A DNA stretch of 59,304 nucleotides from Neocallimastix sp. 'constans' (GCA_050613775.1 JBODTK010000145.1:372001-431304), one strand, 5' to 3'; positions 1-15,607 are shown, numbered from the stretch's first letter. The notes: generated by a model from the sequence alone, not told the origin. Made by a program: numbers and translations.

Positions 1-167
1 TCATATAAAATAGATATCAAATATATTAAAGATGTATATAGTTTATATATTTATTAGTATTAAATTAATAATAATAATTATATTTACATACAAATATATA
101 AAAATTTTTAAAATTTTCTATATATTTGAATTTAATAAAAATATATTATATATAAAATTTAACTTAC

Positions 168-545
168 AATGATTTCAAATTTTCCATATCCTTGTCCATT
201 TAGTTTTTCATAACTATTACCTAAATTTTGACCAGTCATTAGTCCACATAGTTCTTGAATATTACAACCCACATCTTCATTAACAACAACATAATTTAAA
301 TTATCCATTTTTTTAACTGGATTCCAAATACCACCAATATAGAACAAACCCATTAAAAATGAAAGTATTGGTATGATAAAAATAAATATTCCCATATGAA
401 TCCATGGAAATTTTTTTTCTTGTTCTTTAACGATTTGATTTATTTTTGAATCTTCATTGAAATAAAATGGATTTTCTGTTGGTAAGGGGTCAACCTTATC
501 ATACGAAATCATTTCTGATTGTACAGAAGTCCCTTCTTGTGCCAT
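168..545 (-). CDS. DUF3533/YhgE-Pip-like membrane protein, exon 1 only (gene continues off the window)
   Basis: ATG at 545 (MAQEGTS...), then a TM helix and LFYIGGIWNPVKKMDNLNYVVVNEDVGC. GTAAGT donor after GKFEII at 167. Clear paralog of 6570-8464 with the intron at the same position. Confidence 0.75.
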
Positions 546-1130
546 TTTTTTTCTTCTCTCTTTATATGATTCCACAATAAAATTACTAAAATAATTTTGT
601 TATTATAAAAAAAAAAAAAAAAAAAAAAAACTAAGTATATATATATATTATGATTTCATTATATATAATTATTTAATTGCAACACATATTATATATATAA
701 TATATATAATAAAATATATATATATATTTCTTATTTATAATAATCATAAATAATTATTATAAAAATATAAAATATTGAATTACTAATATATTTAATATTT
801 CATAAAAAAAAAATTGCATATTGAAACTTTTATATATACATGAATATATAATGTTATAATTTATTGAAATTTTGTAATTTTTCTATATATATTATTTAGA
901 TTTACTCTTCAATTTTATTTTTTTTTTCTTTCAGAATTTAATACTTATTTATTTAATTTTTATTTTACTTTTTTATATTATAACCTACCTTTATTTATTT
1001 ATTTTATTTTTTATTTTTTATTTTTTTTTTTAAAGTATTATAATTAACAATTAAAAATTTATATTGTAGTGACACATATAATTTTAATTTTAATATAATA
1101 TTAATTTTTTTGAAGGTATATTTGTAAATG

Positions 1131-1166
<36 letters not shown>

Positions 1167-1921
1167 AAAAAAATAAAAAAAAATTTATATGGAATACTAA
1201 TTTTTTATTTTTTATAAAATATATATATATATAATATATAATTTGATAAAATAAAACGTGATATTTATAGTCTGTTATTAAAGTTTATTAAACCTATTTA
1301 ATAATATCTACCTTTTTTATAATATAAAAATTTATATTATCATTATTATTATAATTATAATCATCATTATTTTTATTATTTAATTTTGTTAATAATCGTG
1401 AATAATTATGAAATTGAAATTAAAAAAAGTGTAAATATAATATATAGTATATTATAAATGTTTAATGTAAATTCATTTATTAAATTCAATAATTAAATTT
1501 CTTTTAACATCTTTTATTATTACATTTAAAGTTTTCATTTTTAAAATTACAAAATTACAAAGATATAATTAAATCTCTACATATTGAATTAAGAAAAAAA
1601 AAAAAAAATTGATGTATTATATATAAACTTTATTTTATATTTAATCTTATATTTATTTAAGATTTAATTAATAAAAAAACATCAACAACAAAAAATAATA
1701 ATAAAACTTATATATATAAATGATTTAATATTATATAATTATGATTTAGTAAAATAATTATAAATATAATTAAAATAAAAATAAAAATAAATAGTTATAA
1801 ATTAATTATAAGATACTTTAGAAAAATATAGAATTATTTTCTTTAAAGAAAAATTAATTATTAATGTTAGTATTATTAAAAATCTATTAAATTTGATAAA
1901 AAAAAATACGAATAAAGAAGA

Positions 1922-1966
<45 letters not shown>

Positions 1967-3283
1967 TATGATGTTCTAAATTATATAATTAACAGTTTGA
2001 TATTATTAATTATAAATTTTTTATTATTTATTTATTTATTTATTTATATTAATAAATATTCATTTATTTTTAAAATTTTGACATTTTTTGTCATATCATG
2101 TTATACTTTTTTAAATCATTAATTAACCAAATAATTAAAGAACAAATCATTAAAAAATAATTATATATGTATCTAATATATTATTATTAAATTAAGATTA
2201 ATAGTAAGATATAATTAAACAATAATAAATTATTTTTAAATATTAATTATAATTATTATTAAAATATTTTATATATATATATAATTATTCTTTATCTTAT
2301 TTATTATTAAAATTTTCTATTATTAATATTACTTTGATGTTATTAATTTTATTTTATTTTACTTTAATTATTGAACTATATAAGATAATCAAATTAATTA
2401 AAAATAAATAAAATCACTTCTCCTTTCTAAGTCATCTCAATATATAATATATGAATGTGATTTAAAATAAAGGACTTTACACACAATCAAATTTATATCA
2501 TTATTAATTTGTATATAATTATTGATTTATTATATAAACAATAAAAAATTATATATGTATTTAAAATAATATTAAACAATATGTAAATTAATAATTATTG
2601 TAAATAAAATTAATATATATATATAAATGCATGTTTATAATTTCTCAAAAAAAAAAAAAAAAGTTTAAATATATATATATAAATACATATGCATGTATTT
2701 CATCTATTAATTATTGATTTATTATTATATATATTATATAATAATACATAAACGAATATTTATTTGCTTTATTCATACACATATATTTATATTATATATA
2801 TATATATATAATATATAAATTATATTTTCATCATTTTTATATTATTTATAATAATGTTATAAATCTTTAAAAAAAAAAATTACCGTAAATCTTACATACT
2901 AATAAATTGTTTAGAGTTTATAAATTTTAATATGAAATTACTAATAATTTAGGGAGAAATTTATATATATATATATTTAATATATAAAAAATTTTTTGAA
3001 TTAGTATTATAAATATGATATAGAATAATGATATTTAGAATAATTATTTTTACAACCATATAAAATTTTATAATGAATATACTTTTATTAAATTTTTATT
3101 AATAAATAATAATTATTATTATTTTAAAATCCACCTAAATCTAATGGATCGTTTTCCCTGATTTAAATATATTTAACAAAAAAAAAAAAATTATCTATAA
3201 TTTTATTTTAACATACATATTTGAATTTTAAATTATAAATTTAAAATATAAAATAGGAAATCTACATAAAAATCGAGTTATAA

Positions 3284-3317
<34 letters not shown>

Positions 3318-3811
3318 CATTAAAATCAATACATAATAGGAAAGATTGATCCCTATCTTCAGTAGCTGGCATACTGCCTTCAGGAACATAATTTCTTATT
3401 TTATTAATATATATATAATTATATATCTATTTGTTTATTTATTATTTATTATTTTTTTTTATTTATTATTAATTATATTTTAATTTAACAAAAATAAAAA
3501 AAATGTTTAATTTTGGGAGTAAATACTCTTAATCAGTTATTAAAAAATAGATCACCACATATTAAATGTCATTAATATATATATATATTGGATATATATA
3601 TTAAAACAATCATATAAAAAAATTTTTTTCACTATATATAAAAGTATTACTTCGCAAAATTATTTTTAAATATAATTAAGATACTTGGATGACGATGGTA
3701 CAGTAAAATTTTATAAAGATCAAAAAACCTTAAAATTGCGATTTTCTAATATCTATTCTATTAAACATAAGATTAAAATTTATTCATACAGAGGTTTAAG
3801 ACAAAAAAAAT

Positions 3812-3875
<64 letters not shown>

Positions 3876-3949
3876 TATATATATATATATATAATCCTTT
3901 AAGGAAATTTCAATATAATTAATATATAATAAAAAAAAATAGTAAAATA

Positions 3950-4165
3950 AAAATATAAAAATATAAAAATATAAAAATATAAAAATATAAAAATATAAAA
4001 ATATAAAAATATAAAAATATAAAAATATAAAAATATAAAAATATAAAAATATAAAAATTTAAAAATTTAAAAATTTAAAAAAATATAAAAATTTAAAAAT
4101 ATAAAAATTTAAAAATATAAAAATTTAAAAATATAAAAATTTAAAAATATAAAAATATAAAAAAT
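3950..4165. repeat. 7-bp tandem repeat (AAAATAT/AAAATTT)n
   Basis: About 30 directly visible units. Confidence 0.85.
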
Positions 4166-4790
4166 AAAATTAGTTTAAAGATAAAATCTAAAGATTAATT
4201 AAATTTTATCATATAAATATTTTTTATATTAATATTAGTAAAAAGATAAAAAGTAAAATATATTAAATGAGAACAATAGATATGTTATATTTTTATAATA
4301 CTTTGAATTAAAATAATAATCTTTGAAAAAAAATAAAAAAATAAAAAATCTTATTTCTTTGGGTATATTTCAGAATAATAATAAAATAACTGTAATGATT
4401 AAACAAACATCAAACATTAAAAAAAAAAAAACATTAATATAATAATTTATTGATAAATTTTGACTGAAAATTTTAGAGAAATTTATATTGTTATATATAA
4501 TATTTCAAATTGAAAATAATGAAGATCTATTGCCCTTAACATTAGAAGTTAGATTATAATGTATACTTCTTTAATTATAATTCTGACCAGTAGCAGTATT
4601 TTTTAAATAAAATATATAGTAAATATGTAATGTAGATTGATTTCATTTATAAATATTAAATAACAATTATATAGATTATATAATAATTATAAAATATACT
4701 AAAAAAATTCATTATTAAAATATATTGTAATAAAATACATATAATAAAAATGTTAAAAAGTAAATATTTTATAATTATAATCTATCAAAG

Positions 4791-4871
<81 letters not shown>

Positions 4872-5385
4872 CAAAATATATTATTAATATTATTATAAAT
4901 AAAATAACATGATTTATTTTAGTTTGTATTATTTTTATACTAAATAACTTTATATATATATATATTTAGGCAGTTGTTTAAATTATTATTTAATATTAAT
5001 ATTAAATTATATAAAACTTTTTTTAAATTCATTCTTTTTTTTCTTTTTTTTTTTTTAATAAAAAATTTATTTACATATATTATTATAAAAGCAATTGAAG
5101 AATATTATTGCATGAATGTTTCATAACAAAAAAAAAATAGTAAGTTAAAGAGTTGAATTAATATTTATTTGAATATTGTATAAAATAATAACAATATTTA
5201 AACAAATATTATTATTGGTGTATTAATAATAATAAAAAAATAAATGATTTTATATATATATATATATTATCATTAAATTATTTATTATTTTTATTTATAT
5301 AGATAAATAAAATTTATATTTCTTTTGTTGTTATTGTTATTGTTTTATTTAATTTATTTATTTGTTTGTTTATTAATATTATATA

Positions 5386-5491
5386 TTAATGCTTATTTCA
5401 AATAAATATTTTTAAACATTAATCTAATTATATAGAATTAGAATTATATTAAGATTAATGTTTAAAAATATTTATTTGAAATAAGCATTAA
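5386..5491. repeat. Perfect 40-bp inverted repeat with 26-nt spacer
   Basis: 5386-5425 ttaatgcttatttcaaataaatatttttaaacattaatct is the exact reverse complement of 5452-5491. Confidence 0.9.
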
Positions 5492-6569
5492 GATTCATAT
5501 TAAATACTTAGCATTAATTTTATAAATTAACTTTAATAAAACTAAATTTTTTTTTTATTTTGTTAATTGCATATATTCATATTTAAAAAGAAATAAAAAA
5601 AAAAAAGTTATTTTCATTTTTATCTTTTTTATGCATCTCAATATTTATTTATATAAATATAAAAAATTTTAAACTTTTTAATATATTATTTAAAATTTGT
5701 CTATATTTTAAAATATGTAAATTTTAAATATCTTAAAAATTATAAATAATAATTGTATATCTCGATTTTTTAAATTAGCAATTTACATAATATTATTATA
5801 TTCACTGTTTTAAGTAATTAAATATTTTTAACAAAGCTAATATTAATACTAATCAATTTATATATTAATAAACAAAATATATATAAATATATATATATAA
5901 TTGTAACAAAAAATAAAAAAAAATATAAAAAAAATAAAAAAAAAAAAAAATTTAAAATAAAAAATTACAATTATAAATTTATTAATTATAATATAACAAA
6001 TACTTATTTATATTATTTATTTTCTTTTCTTTTCTTTCTTTTTTTTTCAATAATAAAATATTAGATAATTATAATAATAATATTTATAAAATACCAAGAT
6101 AAAACTTTTGTAGTGTTGTATATCTTTTTTTTTATTATTATTTATATATTTATTTTATTTTATTTTGCTTTTTTTTTTTTTTTTTTAATATTTTTATTAA
6201 AATGTATTTGTAAATAATTATATATGAAAATAAAAAAAATGTAATTAATGAATTTTGTAATTGTAAATAATTATATTTAAAAAAAAATTTACGAGTTTTG
6301 AGATGAAATAATAATATATAAAAATAAAAATCACTTTATAAATTGTAAATAATTAAATATAATAATAAAATTTCATGAAATTATGATGCATCTTGTAAAT
6401 AATTATATATAATTGTATAAAAAAAATAATTTATTATTGGGAAATAAAAATAGTTTTATTCTAATAATTGAGTAATGTATAAAAATGAAAAAAGTTTAAT
6501 AATTGAAGATGTGCAAACAAAAAAAATTAAAATTTATTGAAAAAAAAAAAAAAAAAAAAAAAATTTTTT

Positions 6570-8464
6570 TTATTGTGTAATACTAGTTCGTCTATTATAT
6601 TCTTTCTCTGTAAAATCAAAATCTTCCATACTTTCCATGGGTACTTCACGACTTTTAAGTGGTGTCATATCATCATTTCTATTATAAAAACTAGTAGATT
6701 CATTTTTATAATTTAATAATTTCCTATACTCTCTTCTTAACCAATTTTCTCTCTTCGTCTTTAATTCAAGTATATATAAATATATGGTGACAATGGTTGA
6801 AACAACAATCCAAGCTAATATTATCAATACATTAGCTAATTTTGTATGTTCTCCAACTCCCCAAAATATATTTTTTAGTTGACGTGTTGCATAATACATT
6901 GGTAATGCTCTTCCAATTTTCCAAAATCCAAATTGTACTGAATGATCAAAAATACCACCACAGGTAGTAATTTGAAGCATCATAAATATTACTGCTACCA
7001 AATAATAGGCAATAAATGGTAAAACATGAATTAATGAACAGTTCACTGCAATACCACATAAAGCATAATAAAATACAAAAAGATAATAATAAATATATCC
7101 CTTTTCCATTGTAAGATTACCACATATACATTGAATTAAAATAATAATAAAAGTGGTAAATAGCACCATTAGACAATTTGTTAGTATCTTAGAGGATATA
7201 ATTTTGATATATGGATGATGAACTTCCTTTTTTTCCAACCAATGAATTTCAAAAGCAAAATAAAAATGTGTAATAATTGAAGCAGATATTGTTGAAATCC
7301 AAACAAGCATTAATGTAACAAATGAAGCAAAATTTTGACCATATTTTTCTACTGTATGTAGTGAGGTTTCCGTATAACTTATACCATTAATTAAAAATGG
7401 AGGATTAAATGACCCTAATTGTTGAAAAGATCGAACTAAAGCGATATGAAAACTATTCTGAAGCCTTCGAAGGGCTTTTCGTACTAAAGATATGGTATTA
7501 TAACTTCGTGCTTCATCAAGAATCACTTCAACTTTTACATCAACATGTCCATGCTTATTAACAACATTTAAATTACTTATTACATCAACAGTAAATTTTT
7601 CGGGTATATAAAATGCTGCCCAATATTTAAACTTTTTTACATATTCTATAGCATCATTTCGAGTTCCTTTCTATAAATAAATAAACGTATATTTTTATTT
7701 TATTCATATTTATATAAAATATATATGTATATTATTATTTTATTTAACCATTTATTCAAAAAAAAAATAAATAAATAAAAAAAATAAAAATAAAAAGTTG
7801 AAATGATTAAATTTTATATTATCAATATTTTTTTAATTCCAAAAAATAATTGATTATAAATAATTCAAATATTAAACATTAAAAAAAAAAAAAAAATTAA
7901 TATAGATTCATTTATAATATATGAATATATTTGTTAAAGCAAATAAATATTAAATATTTAATTAATATAAACTATAAATATTTAATGATAATACTAATAA
8001 AGTATAAATATATATGTGTATAATATACTATTCAATATATATATATATATAATATTTACTACAACTGTAAACCGTCCACCAGTACCATCTAATCTTGCAT
8101 AATAATTTCCTACATTTCTAGTATTGTTTAATCCAATTTTTTCACATAAACTTGTATAACAACCTTTGTCGTCATTAACAACAACATAATTCAAACCCAC
8201 TAACTTTTTCCCTGGATTCCATACTCCTCCAATATAAAGAGCACCAAAACATAATGCAAATAATGAAATGAAAAAACAATAGATAGTCATAGCTAGCCAA
8301 GGAAAATTCTCTTTTTTTTCTTCGACTTCTCTGCTAATTCTCTGATAATCATTTTTTTCATAACTGGATGAATCAGCAATTCTTGCTGAATTATTCCTTA
8401 CAAAAAAAGGACGTTCCAATACAATAGGATCATCACAGTATGTTGGTTTTGGTTTTGATTCCAT
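6570..8464 (-). CDS. DUF3533/YhgE-Pip-like (SNG1/ABC-2-like) multi-pass membrane protein, 2 exons, ~501 aa
   Basis: Exon 1 (8464-8060) and exon 2 (7670-6570) join in frame: GRFTVV|KGTRNDAIEYVKKFKYWAAFYIPEKFT. N-terminal TM plus LYIGGVWNP...VVVNDDKG, a YWAA..IP motif, and a C-terminal TM bundle with LQITTCGG...LPMYYA. Confidence 0.8.
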
Positions 8465-8663
8465 CCTTTATTACTATTACTACTACTATTACTATTACTA
8501 TTATTACTATTATTATTATTATTATTATTATTATAAATATTATTATTTATTATTCCTTTACAAAATATATAAAATTTGTTGAAATAAATAATTTATTTAT
8601 AATGTAGTTTATTACGAATCAGATGCATTATTTGTAATATAAGTATAAATGAATATACAGAAA

Positions 8664-8718
<55 letters not shown>

Positions 8719-8859
8719 TTTCTTTTCTATTCAATATTTCAATACAAAAATAAATTTTAATATTATACCTCAATTGTAAAGTATTATATTATTATTTATA
8801 ATCATATATAGTATATTGACTAGTAATTAATATTTATTTCATTCTTTATATTTTACTCT

Positions 8860-8891
<32 letters not shown>

Positions 8892-9008
8892 TATTTAAAA
8901 GATTTCTAAGTTTTTTAGTAATAAATTAATAAAAAAAAAAAATTGAAATAAAAAAAATAACAACATTATATATAATCATTATATATATTTAATATTAAAT
9001 TTTTTTTT

Positions 9009-9041
<33 letters not shown>

Positions 9042-9715
9042 AAAAAAAGAATTTTTTTTTATTATTTAAAATTTTTTTTTTTTAAACTTTATTAGTATTT
9101 CTTTTTTTTTTCTTTTAACATATTTTTAGAAATAAAAATTATTATACTATTATAGATTGTGTATCTATATAATAATAATATATAATTATTAAATTAAACA
9201 AAATAAAAAAAAAATTATCTTTCTTTTAAAAAATAATAATAAAAAATAAAAGATCTTTTCAAAATTTTTTATTATTTTAAAATATAAATAGGATTGAAGT
9301 ACTTTTTTTTTTTTTATTCATTGAATTAAACTATGTATATAAGTAAAAAATATAATAAATAAAATATATTTATATACTAATATAATTAATAAATATCATT
9401 TTTATTCATAAATAATTAGTAAATAATTAAAACAAAAATAAAATAAAATAAAATAAAATAAATAAATCTATGAAAATAAAGAAAGAAAGATATGATAAAT
9501 AATTAAAAAAAAAAAAAATTTTAAGAAATAATTTAATTATTTTATAATATGTATATTATGCATACATAAATAGTTTTATGTGTTTATAGGTAAAAGTATT
9601 AAAGTTAATATATATATAATATATATATTTAATATATGATGATTTATCTATTTATTTATTTATTTATTTGTTTATTTGTTATTATATATATATAATTATA
9701 TATATTATTATATAA

Positions 9716-9746
<31 letters not shown>

Positions 9747-10119
9747 AATTACTTTAAAAGTTCTTTCTTTATTATGAAAGTTACATATAAAAAAACATAT
9801 TGTTGATTTAATTTTAATATGAATAAAATGTAAATACATTTAATCAAAAAAAAAAAAAAAAAAAAAATGATCTATACTTTTAATCAAAGTTTATTGTATA
9901 TGTTCTTTATTTAATAAATTTCCTTTTCTAAAATAATATAAAATTTTTACCTATTTTTTATATATTTTAATTATTTGTAAATGTTAAAAAAAAATGAAAA
10001 AAAAATAAAAAAAGTTTTAAACAAAATTTTAATATTATTCCTTAATTAATTATTTTTTTTTTAGTACTAATTTAATAATAATAAAAAAAATTTTTTTTTT
10101 ATTTTATCTTAAAAGTAAT

Positions 10120-12932
10120 TCATTTATTATAACTACTGAGTTTTACATAGTTCTTATCATTTTCATTTAAAATGTTTAAATTCTCTTGATCAGTTTCCAT
10201 ATTATTATCTGGAGTATAAAGACAACTTTATGTATCCATAAATATATGTAATAATTATATTTAAAATATTTTGATTAATAAAATATTAAAATATATATAA
10301 ATATATTAATAAACTTTATTAGCATATAATAGAAGATAATTACTTAAATTCGGATTTATAATCAGTTTGTGCGGTTGAAGGATCATAAGCATAAAAATAT
10401 GTCTAATAATTTTGTTTTAAAATAATATATATATATATATATATATAATATAATTAAATTATTAATAATAAAAAAAAAATAAAAGAATTTCAAATTTTAA
10501 TTATTAATAATAAATTAATAATATATATATATATAAAGTTTAATTATTGTAACTATAAATTAGTTGATAATTAATAATTATAATAAATATCAATAGAAAT
10601 TAGTAATTTACTTGATTTTGTAAATCCCACTTAGACTGTCTTTTACCACATAATCCTTGTCCAGTAATTCTTCCTTTAACCTTATCCAAAGAATCATCAT
10701 TAAATTGTCTAATAACATCATCAGATGAGCTTAAACTATCCTTATTACCAATAACAAGTTCAGCATAAATTGTATAACTTCTATATTCATTTGCAACTAA
10801 TCTCATCCAACCATATACAGTTTCACCTGCATTAACAGCTAAAGGTTCTATATATATATATATATTTTAAAAAAATATTAAAAAAATTGTTTTTTTTAAG
10901 AATGATATAAACATATATATATTTTTTTTATGATATATATAAATTAAAATAATATATTTATATTTATTTAATTATATAATAATTATTATTTTATATTATT
11001 GATTCATTCATTTACCTTTTAATAAAAATCTTGATTGATGCCAATGAGTACGTTCAGAATTTGGTGAAGTAGAAATATAATAATTTGGAGAATTATCATT
11101 TTTAACTGGTGGATCAAAGTTGATATTAAACCATCCAGCAATTCCTATAATTGTTATTGTTGTTGTTATCATTAATTATTAATTATAAGATTATTGATTT
11201 AATTATCATTAAATATTATTTTTAATTATAATAATAAATGTACAAATTTAGCTTTAAATAAATAATATAATCATAATTATAATAATAATATTTTAAATAA
11301 ATGTATATACCATGTATTACACCAGTATATGAAATTTTCCATTGGATTGGTATTGTCATATCTATAATTTCTTCATTTTTGATAGTATAAAAATCAACCT
11401 TATACGAAGAAGGTGAAGCCATTACAGTTTTTGGATCAAAAGTTCCAACAACTAATTTTTATTTTTCATTATTATGATTAATTATTAATATTATATAATT
11501 TTATTTAATAAAAATTGATCATAACAAATAATCATAATAATTATTATTTTTAATATATATTCCAGAAAAACAAAAACAAAACAAAACAAAAACAAAAAAA
11601 ATGAAAAAAAAAATTAACTATTATAATTATTTACCTGGCATAGCAAAATATTCATCTTTAGCTGCTTGACTTAATGGTGTAAAATCAACACCATAGAAAT
11701 TTGTTTGTTCCCAAAATCTAACTATTATGATTAATTTATAAATTAATAATATATATAATTATATAATTATATATTTTATAATGATAATTATTATTTAAAT
11801 TAATTAGTTATAATTAGTTCTTTACCTTTAGTCATTGTTTGTGACCATAAGCTAGCATCAGTACACTAATATTAGAAATTATTTATATCATATATAAATA
11901 TTAAAATTATATAATTAAAAAGAATTTTCATATGATTAATTAAATTATATGCAACTTATAAAATATAGAATGTTTTATTTACTGGTGCAAGAAATATAGT
12001 TCCCGAAGATGGGAACATAGCACCTCCTGGCTTTAAGTAATGATCTCTAGCAAAAAGATATGATTCTAACATTCTTTCATGAACTAATAAAACACCAATT
12101 GGTTCTGAAATTAAAATATCAACTTTAGGTATTGGAAGATTTGGTCTTTCAATTTTTGCTGTATTTGTACAGAATTAAATATTTAATTATATATATAGTT
12201 TTTAAATTAAAATATTAAAATTTAATTTTAGTATATTTAATACTACAACAAATTACATTAATATATTAAATTTAACATACAGGTAATAACTTCAATTTTG
12301 TTAGTTAACCATGAATTTTTTTCCGGACAACTTTTTAATAATTTTTTAATTCTTAAAGCCATATTACTTGCTTCAACAGCGTAACTAATTAAATTTAATA
12401 TTTATTATTTTTTAATTATAATAAATAATTATAACATTAATAGTTATTCAAAATATAAACATATTAATTTAACAATAAAATATTATATCGTTTGATATTA
12501 TTTATATATATTTATTTTATTATTAAATACTCTTTATATAGACAAAATTAAATAAAAAAAAAAAAAAATACACTTTCGATGCTCCAGCTTGTACAGCTAT
12601 GTATGAAAGAATACCAGAACCAGCACCAATATCACATACGGTTTTATCTTTAAATAAAGCACTATTAGATAAGATTGCTGAATTATATGTTGAAGTTCTA
12701 ATAGTATCTTCCAACATATTTTGCTAATATATAATTTGTAATAATTATTATTGTTGTTGTTGTTTTTATTGTTTTTGTTATGATTATTGTTGTTATTATT
12801 TTAGTTAAAATTATTAATATTATTATTATTATTATTATTTTCGTTATTATTTTGTTGTTATTGTTATTATTTTCATCATTATTTTTGTTATTATTATTAT
12901 AATTATTTTCGTCATTATTTTCGTTGTTATTG

Positions 12933-12972
<40 letters not shown>

Positions 12973-13159
12973 TTCATCATTATTTTTGTTGTTATTGTTT
13001 TATTATTGTTATTATTATTATTATTTTCATCATTATTTTTGTTGTTATAGTTTTATTATTGTTATTATTATTATTATTTTCATCATTATTTTTGTTGTTA
13101 TTGTTATTATTATTATTATTATTATTTTCGTCATTATTTTTGTTGTTAATTATTTTATT

Positions 13160-13190
<31 letters not shown>

Positions 13191-13391
13191 AATTTAAAAT
13201 GAAAAAGTAAAAAATTAAAATTAGAAATATTTTTTTATAAAATAATTAAATGAATAAATCTCAGTTATACTTTTAATATTTCCATTATTTACTTGATGAG
13301 TTAATTGAGCATAATAATTAAAATACGCTGGATCTTTTTCAGGATGATCTTCAGTGTCTTTCTTATCAATTGTATTATTATCTAAATCCAT
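10120..13391 (-). CDS. CARM1: Type I protein arginine methyltransferase, CARM1/PRMT4-like, ~11 exons
   Basis: Spliced product contains [69 protein letters not shown], the THWHQ loop and WDLQNQ. ATG at 13391, TGA at 10122-10120. Confidence 0.85.
12740..13190. repeat. Compound TTA/TTG/TTC trinucleotide repeat within PRMT intron 1
   Basis: Recurring ttatt/ttgtt/ttttcatcatt units. This repeat explains the spurious poly-Y/I/L ORFs. Confidence 0.8.
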
Positions 13392-13499
13392 GATACTTAA
13401 TATTACCTCCTATTGGGCTATAAATAATATAGAGAATATATGATAATACAAAAATATTTAAATAATAAATTTATAAGTAATAATTATTTTTATTTTATT

Positions 13500-13540
<41 letters not shown>

Positions 13541-14751
13541 AAGAAAAAACTAGTATTTTATACTAATTAATATATTAAAAATTCTTATTTAAGTCATAAA
13601 GTAATTAAATTAAATTAAATTAAATTAGATTGCACTATTCATTCAAATTTCAATATGCAATACAACATATTATACTGTAAAATATAAGATTTATACTAAA
13701 TGTTTAAGATATAAAATGAAATTACAATAAAAAAATAATATTTATATATATCATTTATTATACATGTACGGATCATTATTAAATAAAATTATAATTTTTT
13801 ATAATTTTTATATATTAATAAAAATCACAATAGAACTTTTTTATTATTTATTTTTCTTAGATAATTATTTATGTTTCTTGATTAATTAATATTAAAAAAT
13901 TATATAATATTATACTTATATATATACAAATTATCAATTGAATATTTACATTTAAAACGGGACTTTTTTTAGGTTAAGGAAAAATCTTATAAAAAAAAAA
14001 AAGATTTTCCTTTTCTAATTTTTTTGAAAAAATTAATTTGATTAATTTAATTAATTTGTATTATATTTTAATATAAACTTTTTTTTTTGGAATTATATAA
14101 TTATTTTTTATTGTAAAAACTAAAATATAAATAATTTATTAAAAGTGGCTTATAATATTGTATACATTTATGTTATTTTTAAGTTTATTTAATCTAATAT
14201 ATAAATCTAATTATGCAATTATGGATTTGCGGTATAATAAAGTGAACTTTAAATTATAAATTTAATTTATTAAAATTCTGTGTAAACGTTAATGCTAAAC
14301 CTTCTATATTAATAATATAAAATTAAAAAAAAAGAAAATTAAAATTAAAAATAAAAATAAAAGTATTATAAATACTATTGGAGGTTAATGTAAATTTGAT
14401 TTAAAGTATGTCCTGAAAAGAAACTTCAAGTTATAATTTTGGATAAAAAAAAAAAAATAGATGATCTTATTGGAATATATAATGTAATTTGGTTTATGAA
14501 ATTTCTTAAAATTTCACTAAATCACAATAATTTTAAAAAGTTATTTAAGTTTTACTTTCCATTAAATTCATAATTGAAAAATCAGCATATATTATTTTAT
14601 AAAATAATAATTTATAATAAAATAATAATTTATAAAAAATTTATAAAGAACTATATTCTGAATAACGAAATATTTTAACAAAAAATATGATTTTACATTA
14701 AAAAATAAAACAATAAAAAATTTTTCATTTCATTTTACAACTTTATGATAT

Positions 14752-14790
<39 letters not shown>

Positions 14791-14878
14791 TAAGTAATAT
14801 AATAATAAAAAATAAAATTAATCATATATATATTAATTAGTTTTTATAAATATATAATTATTATTTTTAACAAAAATA

Positions 14879-14909
<31 letters not shown>

Positions 14910-14989
14910 AAATAGATTTGTTAACATATTAATATATTATTAATTATTAATTCCTTATTACATATACATAGTCAAGTACATTTTATAGT

Positions 14990-15607
14990 TTTTTTTTTTT
15001 TTTTTTTTTTTTTTATTTCCGGTGTGTACAGCCCTATGCCCTCCTCAAGGCATGGGAATATTAAGGTAGTCACAACACTTCGTGTGCTATAGCACAGGCG
15101 GATATAGTCCCTACTGGACAGCCTTACTGTGAATTTAGCATTGGCGCTCTAACCATACATATTATTGCTGAGATTTTTCTAGCACGATTTTTCTCGGAAT
15201 ACTTTTTCGGTGCCTAACTCTCTTAGAATAACCCTAGAATAACCTAACCCAATTAGTCACGTGTTAGTCTACTTGGTAATAGTATATTTAGTTAGCAGAT
15301 TGATTCGTAGTTAAGCTACGTGCATATGAACCTATATGCTAGGGATTCCCTCGTAAGTATATTAATGACAGTTACTAGCGCGACCCTCTCAGGCCCACTG
15401 TTAGGACAGTATCTAGTCTATATCACTCCGGAATTTAAAGAATATTATATATAAGGGGAGGGGGATATACTTGCCTGTTAACCCTAACCACCATCTACCG
15501 TAAAACCTTTGTTCAGGAAAAACCGGAAATGGTCAAAGGGCGAGTTCGAACCAGGAGCCTTATGCTTTAAGACGCAACGCCTTAAAAGCCAGGATAGAAC
15601 CTGGAAC
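14990..15607 (-). mobile_element. tRNA-derived SINE (~620 bp) with poly(A) tail and 13-bp TSD
   Basis: GC-rich island in AT-rich DNA. The minus-strand 5' end is tRNA-like, with B-box GGTTCGAACTC (15552-15542) followed by ...TGACCA. Poly(A) tail at 14990-15014. Direct repeat TACATTTTATAGT at 14977-14989 and 15608-15620. Confidence 0.8.

Noticed and set aside
12924..13210. Poly-Y/I/L ORFs (also 19246-19509, 22546-23064, 26521-26754, 27604-27801)
   Set aside because: Translations of intronic or intergenic microsatellites.
15525..15607. Functional tRNA gene
   Set aside because: The acceptor and D stems do not pair properly, and the segment is part of a poly(A)-tailed, TSD-flanked insertion.
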